Positions 51,761-64,000 of a stretch of 64,000 bases of DNA are shown piece by piece. Position 1 is the first letter of the stretch. Each line of letters opens with the position of its first letter. The stretch comes from Scyliorhinus canicula (lineage: Eukaryota): positions 7,192,001-7,256,000 of the forward strand of contig NC_052168.1 of assembly GCF_902713615.1 (NCBI RefSeq), in the 5' to 3' direction. Below the pieces are notes generated by a model, which saw only the letters and a program-made list of their open reading frames with translations, was not told where the DNA came from and did not search any database. Both the position numbers and the translations under genes were made by a program.

Positions 51761-52044
51761 TCACGCCTTGGGGTACAGTTTCATTTCAACCCAATGATTG
51801 CGCGAGCCTCCGACAGCAATTGCAAGAAAGCTATTCAACTACAGACAGCATCGCAGCAAAGTTTGATCCAACACACACAGGTACCGTCGAGATATGAGAT
51901 CACCAGGAAACTCAGCCTCCTGCGCGTCAAGGGGGAAGAGCTTGATGTGCGTTGATTGAAATCGCAACGTATGGCGTACAACGGGCACCTCCGACCCTCC
52001 TTCCCCACCATCCCAGCCATACTGAAAACCCCCATTAATAGTTA

Positions 52045-52293
<249 letters not shown>

Positions 52294-52869
52294 TTAGTGT
52301 TCAACAGAAGGAGCTGGTAAAAATCTTTGGTTTCATCCAATATGGTGAAAATATTTGATCTAAATGGAATAGAACTTGTAGCGTTGCTAATCTACAACAA
52401 CAATCCGCAACAACCTGCATTTACCATTATTTTTAACCTTCTGTCTGCCCAAGTATTTTGATTGTGCTAACATGTCTCATCACACTTACTGAACAGACAT
52501 TTACATGGGAATACTGGGTAATTTTGACACTTTTATCAATGCTGATCAACGGTTATAAGTTTCCACCACCCCATTTTAAGTCTGTGGCAGGAAGGGTCTT
52601 GTCCTAAGTGGGCAATTAATGTCCAATAAAGGCCTTACCCCGCTGGTAATCACCCTGCGGAGGCACAGGTGGTGGGGGGTGAAGAGAAGGGGAGGTGGGG
52701 CCACGGAGTAGTTAACAACGGTGGAAAAGCTGATTGATGCTATTTGAGCTGCAGCAGTGACATACCCATACTTGTGCACAAGTTGGTAAAGAAAAGGGGG
52801 GCCTGCGCTTAAAACGTAGCTCTCGGGCGATTGGCAAGCAGAAGCCATGGGGTGCCTCTTTCTGGTCGA

Positions 52870-53168
52870 GGGGGTATGGTAGTACAGTGGTTATTACTGT
52901 TGCTTCACAGCGTCAGGGTCCCAGGTTCGATTCCCGGCTTGGGTCACTGTCTGTGCGGAGTCTGCACGTTCTCCCTGCGTCTGCATGGGTTTCCTCCGGG
53001 TGCTCTGGTTTCCTCCCACAAGTCCCGAAAGATGTGCTTGTTAGGTGACATTCTGAATTCTCCCTCTATGAACCCGAACAGGCGCTGGAATGTGGCGACA
53101 AGGGGCTTTTCACAGTAACCTCATTGCAGTGTTAATGTAAGCCTACTTGTGACAATGCAGATTATTAT
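52870..53168 (+). mobile_element. V-SINE type B
   Basis: Head, core and B tail. Confidence 0.88.
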
Positions 53169-53451
53169 AAAGGGAAATGGCCAAGTTGCAGTGTTCCACT
53201 TTCATAAACTTCCATATTGGCCTGCGCACTTCCTTCACAGAGCGCAGAAAGGGCAGAATTTACAATCATTAGCGCCACAGCAAAGGCCATGCTGCTGATT
53301 TTCCATTTTAAATACCGTTGCTGCTTGGATCGGGGATTGGGAAGAGAAATTGTGGTTTGAGAGCGAGTAACCGTGTAGACGGGCACTGGAGTGCAGCTTG
53401 GCTCACACCCACATTCATTCTCTTGGTCAGTTAAACGCTGGCAGCTACCTA

Positions 53452-53559
<108 letters not shown>

Positions 53560-54159
53560 CTATGAGAAAGAAAAGATGCATAATTATGCTCACTTGATAA
53601 ATTTGGCCGGATTGTCAGTGTTGGCGACAGCGTTAGAGAAACTTTAAAGGTCAGAGTCAAGATGATTTGGTATCAGGAATAGCCACGGTGCTTTTGACCC
53701 AACAATGGGCCTTTGCCCCAACCACTGAACAGCACCCACAACTCACTAATGCGACTTCCATTTCCCAGTGTTCCGAGTGCGAGTGTTAATTCTGTCCTAA
53801 TTTGTATCATAGATTCACTTGGCACCGCCTCTAGACTCGAATGGATTTCGTGCAGAATTCGTATAATTACTCAAATTACACGGAGACCCTGGGGAAGTTG
53901 GGGTTGTCATCCTTAAAGCTAGAGTTTGACCGGAGAATGATAGAGGTGCTCAAAATCATGAGTGGTCTGGACAGAAGGTGTTCCCATCAGTCAGAGAGAT
54001 GAGAACCAGAGGATAGAGATTTAAGGCGATTGGCATGAGAACCAATATGAGGGGAAACCTTTTCACACAAGTGGCAAAATCCTGCCTGAATGGTGGTGTG
54101 GGGTGGGGGGGGGGGAAGCTCCTGACTCGGACCCCGTGGGGTTGGCTGGCTCCTTCAGC

Positions 54160-54700
54160 CCGCAGTGCTGTTAGGGAAGGAGTTAAAGGGTTTTGACCCA
54201 GCGGTAGTGAAGGACCGGCCAATATATTTCCAAGTCAGGGTGGAGAGGAACCTCCAGGTGGTGGGGTTCCCAGGTATCTGCTGCCCCGGTCCTTCAAGAT
54301 GGTAGCTGTCATGGGTTAGGAAGGTGCTGCCTAAGGCGCATTGGTGAGTTCCTGCAGTGCATCTTGTAGATGGTACACACGGCTGCCACTGTTTGCTGGT
54401 GGAGGGTTTGAATCTTTGTGGAAGGGGGAGCAATCAAGCAGGATTGCTTTGTCCTGGATGGTGTTGAGCATCTTGAGTGTTGTTGGAGCTGTACTCATCC
54501 AGGCAAGTGGAGAGTATTCCATCGCACTCCTGATTTGTGCCTTGTAGATGCTGGACAGGCTTTGGGGAATCAGGAGGTGAGCTACTCGCTGCAGGATTCC
54601 CCAGCTTCTGACCTGCTCTTGCAGCCACAGTATTTATATGGCCGGACCCTTGCAGTTTCTGGTCAATGGAAACCTCCAGGATGTTCATGGTGGGGGATTC
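54160..54700 (-). mobile_element. CR1/L2-type LINE fragment
   Basis: MEYSPLAWMSTAPTTLK..IQDKA, as in the 47392-48470 copy. Confidence 0.85.
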
Positions 54701-55092
54701 TGCGATGGTTATTACTTGAATCTGCTCTCGCTTGTAGATGCCGAATCATGGTTGGGTTTGGAACCAGGGTTGCTAGCCGCCTTCCAGTATCTCCCCAAAA
54801 ATAACGACAGTGTATCAGCAGAGACAGTGAGCGGCAGCCAGCTTTCCAATCATATGAGGCATTGTGGATCATGTCACCAGCAGTCATTTTGACAGCAAGC
54901 AGGGTTGGGAACCCCGATCAATTTTGCCTTTCCTTCTCCCAAAACATGAAGGCTAATTGCACCCTTGGGTTTGTTTGCCCGTTTAAGACCGATAAGGAAA
55001 TAAGAAACATGCTTTCAATGAAGAATGTCAGTTCAAGAATGTTGCATTAAAAAAATAAACCACACAGATGTTTCTCCAACTCTCGTTCATTA

Positions 55093-55263
<171 letters not shown>

Positions 55264-56481
55264 CTACGGCTTTATAAGCTTGCGGTCTCTGTACTTTATA
55301 TCTACAGCATCACCAGCGTACCAATTCTGATCCATTGCACTCCAAAATCTGCTTATCCATCTGTTTCTACAGCAGACTGTCTTCCTCCTGTGTTAATGTG
55401 CATTCTAAAGGATGGGCTTAAAATAAAACTACAGAAGTCTAAGAGTGCGACCTTTTTCCAAGATATTACAAGGGCAGCTTTTCCTCGTTGATGCCAGGTT
55501 TGAGAGAGACTGGTGGAGCAGAAGTCCCCATCACAATGATGGGCACAGATAGGACTACAGCCTTGTCCAATTTTATGACAAAGGCTTCTATCCTGCCAAG
55601 TCCTAGCATTATTGTGAATGCAATGATTAAACGTTAATCGCAGTTCACAGTCAGGTGGATAAGAATATTAACAACACTAAATCTTAGATGCCTCAAATGT
55701 TAACAATGCCTTTTGCCTACCCTAACACCCCTCCAACAAATAATCTGATTGATATGGATCTGCAGACAAGTCATGCTACAAAGTATAGAAATGTTATATT
55801 GCAGAGCAGTCTTGAAACATTATCCTTTCTCTAGAGAAACATAGTGCAGGTCACAGAATTCTGACAGTGCAGGAGGCAATTCGGCCCATTGAGTCTGCAC
55901 TGGCCCGCCGAAAAAGTATTCTACCGTGGTTCATTCTCCTGCCCTAACCTGCACATCTTTGGACTGTGGGAGGAAACCCACATAGTCACGGTGAGAACGT
56001 GCAAACTCCACACAGGCAGTCACCCGAGGCCAGAAACGAACCCGGGTCCCTGGCGATGTGAGGCAGCAGTGCCAACCACTGTGCCGCCGTGCCAGGTCAA
56101 GGCTGGCAAAAGTAAAAGGATGAGCAGTTACTGAACGATGCCAATCCTGGGTTTTCCATGAGACTGGGTGACGAGTCTCCATTTCAATACAGTAGAAGGT
56201 TGGCATCTATGATGCCGAGGAGAAGTCAGAGATGGTTTGGCAATTCTGGCTGAAGATGGCTGCAACTGTTTCAGCCCATCATTGAGGATGGGGATATTAA
56301 TGGAGCTTCCTTCTCCTCCACCAGGGAGTTGTCTAATTGTCCGCCACCATTCACGGCATGATGTGGCAGGACTGCGATAGGGGGACAGAGAGCAGGAGGA
56401 GAGTGTAGGACAGCGCACACACAGCTCAGGGGGTAAATGAGGAAAGTCCAGATTAACTTGGGCCTGAGTAATATTGATAAT

Positions 56482-56819
56482 CATAGAATTTCCAGTGCAG
56501 AAGGAGGCCATTTGGCCCATCGTGTCTGCACCGGCTCTTGGAAAGAGCACCCTACCCAAGCCCACACCTCCACCCTATCCCCATAACCCCACCCAAACCT
56601 AAGGGCAATTTTGGACACATGGGGCAATTTAGCACGACCAATCCACCAAAACTGCACATCTTTGGACTGTGGGAGGAAACTGGAGCACCCGGAGGAAACT
56701 CACGCAGACACAAGGAGAACATGCAGACTCTGCACAGACAGTGACCCAAGGCGGGAATCGAATCTGGGACCCTGGAGCTATGAAGCAATTGTGCTAACCA
56801 CTATGCTACCGTGCTACCC
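56482..56819 (-). mobile_element. V-SINE type A (another degraded copy at about 55855-56092)
   Basis: Head, core and tail. Confidence 0.88.
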
Positions 56820-56900
56820 CGGTAGTTAAGAGTTAGAGATAAAACAAAGACTGCAATGGGGAGAACAAAAGACCGTGACAAGCAAGGTAGGCCATACTTA

Positions 56901-57053
<153 letters not shown>

Positions 57054-57473
57054 TCAATTATAAATAGAAAACTCACTGGTGGCTCGCCACACAGGTCAAC
57101 TCTTTGGATGGATGTCGTAGAACTACGCAAGACACAAAGTGAAAATGGTAATCCTGAGCATTAATTCAAGTGAAACCATAACAGTGGGATGTGAGCATAA
57201 TGACCAGGAGCACCTTCTTTATACAGGGTAGTAAATGCCTGGAATGATCTCCAGGTAAGCTGGGTACAAACGCAGGCATCATTCAAGAGGTAGTTGCATC
57301 TAGTTCTGGATGGATTGCAGATTTATGTGAAAAGGTGAGCTATCATATGTGAAGTGTTTCGAGATGCTTCTGAGATTGTATCAGACACTCTATAAATGTA
57401 GATATTGCTGAACCACGACAAAACAAATTAAAGTTGCCTCCTGCGTCCCATGGTTACAACCCGAAATGGATCA

Positions 57474-57701
<228 letters not shown>

Positions 57702-57970
57702 TCAATAAATCAACAGAGAAGGGCTCTTTGTCCCCGACGGTTAACCAGTGACCTCTACCAGAAAGTAAAATGCGAGTCAACATTGGATTTGACCATGAAG
57801 AGCCCAAGAGTTAAGGAGGCTGCCTAAAACACACTCTGCTCCAACAATGGCCATTTGGAATAGGAAACAGTGCCAGCACCGATGAGACAGTACGCAACTT
57901 GAACCATCGGGGAAGAAACTTGCAGAGGAAATGTGCTGGGTGGGATGGTCTAGTTTGAGGACCCAGCATC

Positions 57971-58272
57971 TAATAATCTTTATTGTCACAAGTAGGCTTG
58001 CATTAACACTGTAATGAAGTTACAGTGAAAACCCCCTAGTCGCCACATTCCTGCGCCTGTTTGGGCACACAGAGGGAGAATTTAGAATGGCCAATTCACC
58101 TAACAGCACGTCTTTCAGGACTTGTGGGAGGAAACCGGAGCACCTGCAGGAAACCCACGCAGACACGGGGAGAATGTGCTGACTCCAGAGACAGTGACCC
58201 AAGCCAGGAATCGAACCTGGGACCCTGGAGCTGTGAAGCAACAGTGATACCCAGTGTGCTACCGTGCTGCCC
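57971..58272 (-). mobile_element. V-SINE type B
   Basis: Head, core and B tail. Confidence 0.88.
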
Positions 58273-58367
58273 TGCATCTTATCAAACTCAAGTCATCTCC
58301 GCTACTGCAAGAAATAACGCGATTCCCTCCAGTCCCAGGTCCGCCGCTTAGTGCCTCTGTACTGTAC

Positions 58368-58423
58368 CTGTCGAGGTTCCAAGACATCATCGAGTCCCAA
58401 GCCACGGATGTGCGAATGGGCAC
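58368..58423 (-). CDS. RUVBL2: RUVBL2 exon 3
   Basis: AHSHIRGLGLDDVLEPRQ; 56 nt. Confidence 0.96.
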
Positions 58424-58884
58424 CTGTAGAAAGCGGAAAGATGAAAGTTATTTCAAATCCTGCGAGTTCAACTCCTTGGGCCAACAGTCGTCATATTCAG
58501 GAATTTCACGGAGGTCTCGAAATATAGAAAATAGGAGCAGGAGGAGGCCATTCAGCCCTTCAAGCCAGTTCCGCCATTCATTATGATCATTCAACTGATG
58601 TTGACTAACTGCGCACGCAGAAGACCTGCTTCTAAAGTGCAGCTTAATTTGAAATAGATTAAGAGCTTCTCCCCCAGCGTCTCAACGGGTAAAAGCTCCA
58701 CCTGATGTGAAAGTGAACCAGACAAGATGAACCCAGATTGGAATGTTGTGTTGATTCCTATCGGGAGACAAGTCGGGAGTGCTGCTGGGGGGGGGGGGGG
58801 AGGGGGGGGGGGGGCTGGTAGAGGGTAGAGAGGGGGGGGAATCTTCAACCCAGCATTGGAGGTAAGAAATTAAAAAGAGCCTAC

Positions 58885-58939
58885 CGATTCTCTCTATCCT
58901 GGTGACATCCCTGACTTCAGGAACCTTCGTTGCTGTGGT
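58885..58939 (-). CDS. RUVBL2: RUVBL2 exon 2
   Basis: TTATKVPEVRDVTRIERI; 55 nt. Exons 2-15 sum to 1380 nt; the short ATG-bearing exon 1 was not found. Confidence 0.95.
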
Positions 58940-59562
58940 CTGAAAAACAATATAGATCCATGTAATAGGCTGAAAAAGGGACACAAGTTTGAACTATGGC
59001 ACAATGTGAACTGTGCAGGAGTAACGCTGTAACTTCAACAAGTGTGTTGTGAATTAAATGAAGATATAAAGCAACTGTGTCCATCAACATCCTTCTTCAG
59101 TCTTTTAATGCAGGTCTCTTACCAGCAGAATCTGTCTTATAAATGGGCAGCAGCTACTGTTTCAGCTCATACAATATTGCTGGCTGGGGCTTGCAACAGC
59201 AGCAACATTGTTCACCACTTGTTGCTTTGCAATGGCCACACTGTTTATGGGAAACGGGAATGGCAATCCCGATGTGAACATGGTGGCTTCTTCAGATCGA
59301 AATTAATTAATTTCATCAAAACCGACTGGTCGGCGCTCTCTACATTGAAGGATGGCTGTTTATTTTATGTCATTGTCGCTGTTTTCTGTCCCTCGCGTCC
59401 CAGCCCCCAATGCTGCTTCTCCCAGGTCGGAGCGGAGTCTCGCGCTGGAGCCCAGACAAAACGGCCGCAATGTAGCAACTGAACAGCCTTAACGTGGCTC
59501 ACGAGACCCGAGTCAGATTAATCACAGGCTGCTGCCTGGTGTGGCGAGTAACTCTCCCAACC

Positions 59563-59957
59563 TGGGGGGGGGGGGGGGCTATTCAGACAGAGGGGGGGGG
59601 GCTATTCAGACAGAGGGGGGGGGGGGCTATTCAGACAGAGGGGGGGGGGGGGGGGGGGCTATTCAGACAGATGGGGGGGGGGGGGCTATTCAGACAGAGG
59701 GGGGGGGGGGGCTATCAGACAGAGGGTGGGTGGGGGGCTAATTCCGACAGAGGGGGGGGGGGGGGCTATTCCGACAGAGAGGGGGGGGGGGCTTTTCCTG
59801 ACCAGAGGGGGGGGGGGCTATTCAGACAGAGGGGGGGGGGGGCTATTCAGACAGAAGGGGGGGGCTATTCAGACAGAGGGGGGGGGGCTATTCAGACAGA
59901 GGGGGGGGGGGCGGGGCTATTCAGACAGAGGGGGGGGGGGCTACTAGACAGAGGGGG
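59563..59957. repeat. G-rich minisatellite (Gn-CTATTCAGACAGA) running into an assembly gap
   Basis: Roughly 16-17 units with variable G runs. Confidence 0.92.
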
Positions 59958-60057
59958 NNNNNNNNNNNNNNNNNNNNNNNNNNNNNNNNNNNNNNNNNNN
60001 NNNNNNNNNNNNNNNNNNNNNNNNNNNNNNNNNNNNNNNNNNNNNNNNNNNNNNNNN
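59958..60057. other. Assembly gap (100 N)
   Basis: Run of n. Confidence 0.99.
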
Positions 60058-60264
60058 GGGGGGGGGGGGGGGAGAGATTGCTGGTGGGCACAGAATGGAA
60101 ACTCGCTTCTGATCGAGGACGGGTCAGGTCGGGGCAGAAACTGGTGCCTCCTAGTGGCTGGGTACGGCCTTTTCAGCTACAGGCACCAGGACAGGACAAT
60201 AGGATGGGGGTTAAAATGGGTTTGTCTCCCCAATGTTTCCTGCAGTGAGATCTAAGTCATATGG

Positions 60265-60640
60265 GTGCCAGCCGGGCCTGAGTCTCACTCTTGTCTCCGT
60301 GTCAAGTCCCGACTCCGGAGACCTGAACAAAAGTCCAGATGCCAGCGCCGTGGTCGGAGATGCCATCTTTTGGGATGGAGACACTAAACCAGGGCCACCT
60401 TGCCTGCCCTCTCAGGTGTCCAGCCAAGATCTAATTCGGAAGAAGAGCGGGGAAGCTCGCCACGCTGGCCCTATCCTTTATTTATTCCTCTGCTAAACAT
60501 GACCAAAACAGACATCGCAACATTTGTGGAATCCTTCTATGCACAGATCTGCCACATTGCAAAAGTGACTGCACTTCAAAAATACTTCATTGGGTGTAAA
60601 GTGCTTCTTTGGGCCATCCCATAGTTGGGAAAGACACTGA
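60265..60640 (+). mobile_element. Deu-domain SINE (SacSINE1/AmnSINE-related), degraded
   Basis: GTCGGAGATGCCATCTTTTGGGATGGAGAC..TAAACC..CTGCCCTCTCAGGTG and tail GTGACTGCACTTCAAAAATACTTCATTGG.TGTAAAGTGCTT; family assignment from recall. Confidence 0.65.
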
Positions 60641-62431
60641 TGGAAGATGAGTCTCCCTTTCCTCCTTTTTATTATGTTCCAACGGCGATATACAATATAA
60701 ATAAAATTTTAATGAAAGTTGACACTAATAGAAGATCTTCTAGGTTTGGCAGGTAGAATGGGCTCAAAAGCAGGGGGTTATCCAACGCCGCCGATGCTTC
60801 GGACCTCTGAGACTTCGATCGAATTGTACCGTGGATTAATGGAGTGAAAATTGCTTTAGTCCAAAGGGATTCAACGGGAAATGTGCTTGTACGATGTCAA
60901 CAACTTCAGTAGGAAGTCTCCCGTTGAACCTGCCTCATCTTCTGCCGCCTTCCCGGTTTCCGTTTAATGAGCTGGTCAGGAGAACTGAGAATCGAACTGA
61001 AGTCTTTGAAACATGCAGTAGGTTAAGGAGTGGGCAATCCCTCTGAGCGCCCCCCCCCCCCCCTCCCAATGCTCGATTCGCCGGCTCTGATCTATTTTCA
61101 TGTTTTGCGTGCCTCCGTTCTTGGCTCCCTCCTTCATTCCCTCCCCCACCTCATTATCAGTCAGCAGGGGAGATGTCAGCTTCTGGATGATGTCATGCTT
61201 GCTCAGAATATCAGGGAGGGGCCTGAGACACCTGTAAAAGCGGAAAATATCCTTTGTTTGAGTGTAAATCACCACCCGGCGACTCCTGGGTTTCCAGAGC
61301 CCCTGGGGGTAAGTAAAGCGTATTTTCAGATCGAAACAGGTACCCGGGTCCGGTTGGAGAGGCTGGGTTTATTCCCCATGGAGCAAAGGAGGTCGAGAGG
61401 AATTTTGATAACCCTGCAGGTTTGATAAACCTGTGCCAGCTTTAGATCAGGTACACACAAAAAAGAAGTTGGTCCCATCCACTGCAAGGACTGGGGAATG
61501 CAGATTTAAGGTTTGGAGCAAGTGAGGTAGTTGGAAATGGGGGGAAATGTGAGGAAGAACATTTGTTTACTCAGTGAGTGGTAATGGCCTGAACCTCACT
61601 GCCCACGAGGCTGGTGGAAGCGCAGATGGTCAGTGATTTCAAAATGGCATCGGCGTCCCTCCTCTCCATGAGCCCCGGCTTTTCTGAAACCCTAAATATC
61701 GTCCACCTCCTCCTCCACTATCCTGGCTCAGACCTGCGAACACTCCCGCCCAGAATCATCCCAATTTTTCACAACCCCAAAACATGTGCGCATGACTCGC
61801 TGGCTCCCCGCCCACCCCTCTCACTCTCATCTGCTACCCCCTGAAATAACCCACTCATTCTCGCCCGAGTCATACACACCCTGTGCACCACCTTAAACTG
61901 TATCAGGCACATCCTTGCTCATGAGGAGGTCCCGTTTACTAATATTTATGTTTCGATCGGACACAGAGGAAGTGCAAGGCTCTCACAGTCATTGGGGCGG
62001 GATTCTCCGGTCTTGTCCGTGGCGGGGCCCTTTGTGGGTGAGAACGGAACGTTTGGCGCTCCAGCCAAAACTCCATTCCCTTTCAGCGGCACAGGAAAAT
62101 CCCAGCCGTGAACGAGGACGGAAGGCTCTGGCCATCGTGTGTCATCGGCACACGCCTCACCTCACTCACCCTCAATTTATTCGTCGGTCGGAAGGAAAAT
62201 GACACAATGGAAACCGGTGGAATGTGGCAACGGCGTGGGTGGGCAACGGTCAACAAAAGGAGCCGCACTCAGAACCCTGATGGGCCGCATGTGGTTCCCG
62301 GGCCCGCGGGTCACCCCCACCGTTATTTTAAACTGTTAATCTGTCGGCTCAGACAGGTCGACACAAAAGATCCAACCTTTATAATTCGGATCAAGATAAC
62401 TGGGAGGAGGGTGGGGGGGAGGGGGGGGGGG

Positions 62432-62968
62432 GGGGGCGCGAATCTCACCAGAGCCCTGGGGCCAGCATTGTTGTGCTTTCTTTCCTATACTCTTTTCTCT
62501 GTCCTTTTTGTGGCTCTGTTCCAATTATGGCAATCAGCGAATTTGCCCTTCTTTCTATGTTATCTATGTCCGAATGCTTAGAGTCGCCAGGTATCAATTG
62601 ACACCACCACAAGTTTCAACCGGCTATCGATCAAAGAGCCAAACACCAGTTAGTTAGTTCAAGGTCAAAGGTACTTTAATTACACACAATTAGTCATGCA
62701 ACATAAACACTACTAGTTAACTACACCTATTGACTAAGACAACCTGTACTTAACTTCGGGCACCTGGCTTAGGTCAGAGGAACAGTGGCCGCTGTTCGAT
62801 TCTGGATCCATCGGGTTCGAAGGAGTAACTGCTGCTCAGCTGGGCTCATCCGTTTTGTAGCGAGCAGTGAACTTGTACTTGCTTCTGGTGTTGCTGCACT
62901 TAGAGACGGCCGTGACCCGGGTACCAGGACCGTTTAACACTTAGCCTCAGGATCACAGAATCCCGCCC
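62432..62968. mobile_element. TIR-bounded element containing an LTR-like insert (about 62558-62925); a related short element lies at about 61993-62134
   Basis: Ends GGGCGCGAATCTC and AGAATCCCGCCC; the internal block starts TGTTAT. Confidence 0.45.
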
Positions 62969-63065
62969 AAGGATTTTGTCAATAAATATGTAAGCCACTG
63001 AGTGTTAACTTTATTAGTAAGTGACATTTGACCAGTGTGCAAGGATTTTGCTTAATTGAAATTTT

Positions 63066-63295
63066 TTTTTTTTTTTTATAAATTTAGAGTACCCAATTAT
63101 TTTTTCCAATTAAGGGGCAATTTAGCATGGCCAATCCACCTATCCTGCACATCTTTGGGTTGTGGGGGTGAAACCCACGCAGACACGGGGAGAATGTGCA
63201 AACTCCTCACGGACAGTGACCCAGAGCCGGGATTCGAACCCAGGTCCTCAGCGCCATAGGCAGCAATGCTAACCACTGCGCCACCGTGCTGCCCC
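63066..63295 (-). mobile_element. V-SINE type C with poly(A) tail and 15-bp TSD
   Basis: CTTAATTGAAATTTT at 63051-63065 and 63297-63311. Confidence 0.92.
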
Positions 63296-63564
63296 TCTTA
63301 ATTGAAATTTTAGAAGTAGATGGGAAATTAACCACAAAGACCTTTATTCAGTATTTTAAAGAACTGCTTAACTATTAATTGAAAACCTGTCTTTTTCTTG
63401 GGTGTTAGTGGGGTTAATCCTGTGTTAAGAATGAAGTTTATTCGAATATAAAAGATCCCCAGATGTCGTGCAATCACTCCTGGAGTGAAGTATCCTTTTT
63501 GCACAATTTACAACACAAATAATTATTGGGGTCTTGTCCGGTTTCCTAATATAAATTGGGGTCT

Positions 63565-64000
63565 GGTCTGGGTGTTGGTGAGGCCACATTTGGAGTATTG
63601 TATCCAGGTTTGGTCTCCTTATTTGAGGAAGGATGTGGTGGCATTGGAGGGAGTTCAGAGGAGGTTCACCAGATTGATTCCGTTGATGACAGGTTTGATG
63701 TGTGAGGAAAGATTGAACAATTTAGGCTTAAACTCGCTGGAGTTTAGAAGAATAAGAGGGGATCGGATCGGGGTGTAGAAAATACTAAGAGGGATTGATA
63801 AAATAAACGTAGACCAAATGTTCCCCCTTATGGGTCAATCGAGAGGCCACAGATATAGGTTGAGAGACGGTAGATTTAAAACTGAGATGAGGAGGAACTA
63901 CTTTGCGCAGAGAGGGGGCGAATCTCTGGATCTCGCCGCCCCATGGTGTGGTGGAGTCTGAATCATTAAATGGTTCTTGAGAAGGAGATAGATATATTTC
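63565..64000 (+). mobile_element. CR1 LINE 3' fragment
   Basis: LVRPHLEYCIQVWSPYLRKDVVALEGVQRRFTRLIP. Confidence 0.9.

Noticed and set aside
59494-60255. 253-aa Gly-rich ORF
   Set aside because: Translation of a G-rich minisatellite across an N gap.
60340-60945. RUVBL2 exon 1 candidates (minus-strand ATG GCA near 60366; ATG AGG CAG near 60938)
   Set aside because: The first is inside a Deu-SINE with no donor; the second has a poor donor (GTTCAA) and does not resemble the MAT/MAA start of orthologues.

Overview
Repeat-rich cartilaginous-fish genomic DNA (catshark/Scyliorhinus-like, inferred from the LH-beta sequence and shark-type SINEs). Four spliced genes can be built with phase-consistent GT-AG junctions. 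(1) The last three coding exons and 3'UTR of SNRNP70 (U1-70K, +), preceded by a long transposon-poor intron carrying clustered cryptic splice sites. (2) A complete 5-exon, 332-aa gene invisible in the ORF track (19955-28226, +), with an RFX X-box promoter and Mn-like motifs, most likely SAXO3. (3) Luteinizing hormone beta LHB (+, 130 aa). (4) RUVBL2 (-, exons 2-15; exon 1 not found, possibly in the 100-N gap). The rest is tRNA-derived SINEs in several head/tail combinations, CR1-type LINE fragments, Penelope-like fragments with a hammerhead ribozyme core, a U2-snRNA-headed element, two arrays of a 69-bp minisatellite and a G-rich repeat. Best leads: candidate U1 snRNP autoregulatory elements in SNRNP70, a modular SINE family with apparent partner switching, the U2-headed element, the hammerhead, and the SAXO3-LHB-RUVBL2 linkage. 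Exon coordinates were read base by base; repeat boundaries are approximate; family names and comparisons with human genes are from recall, not database searches.
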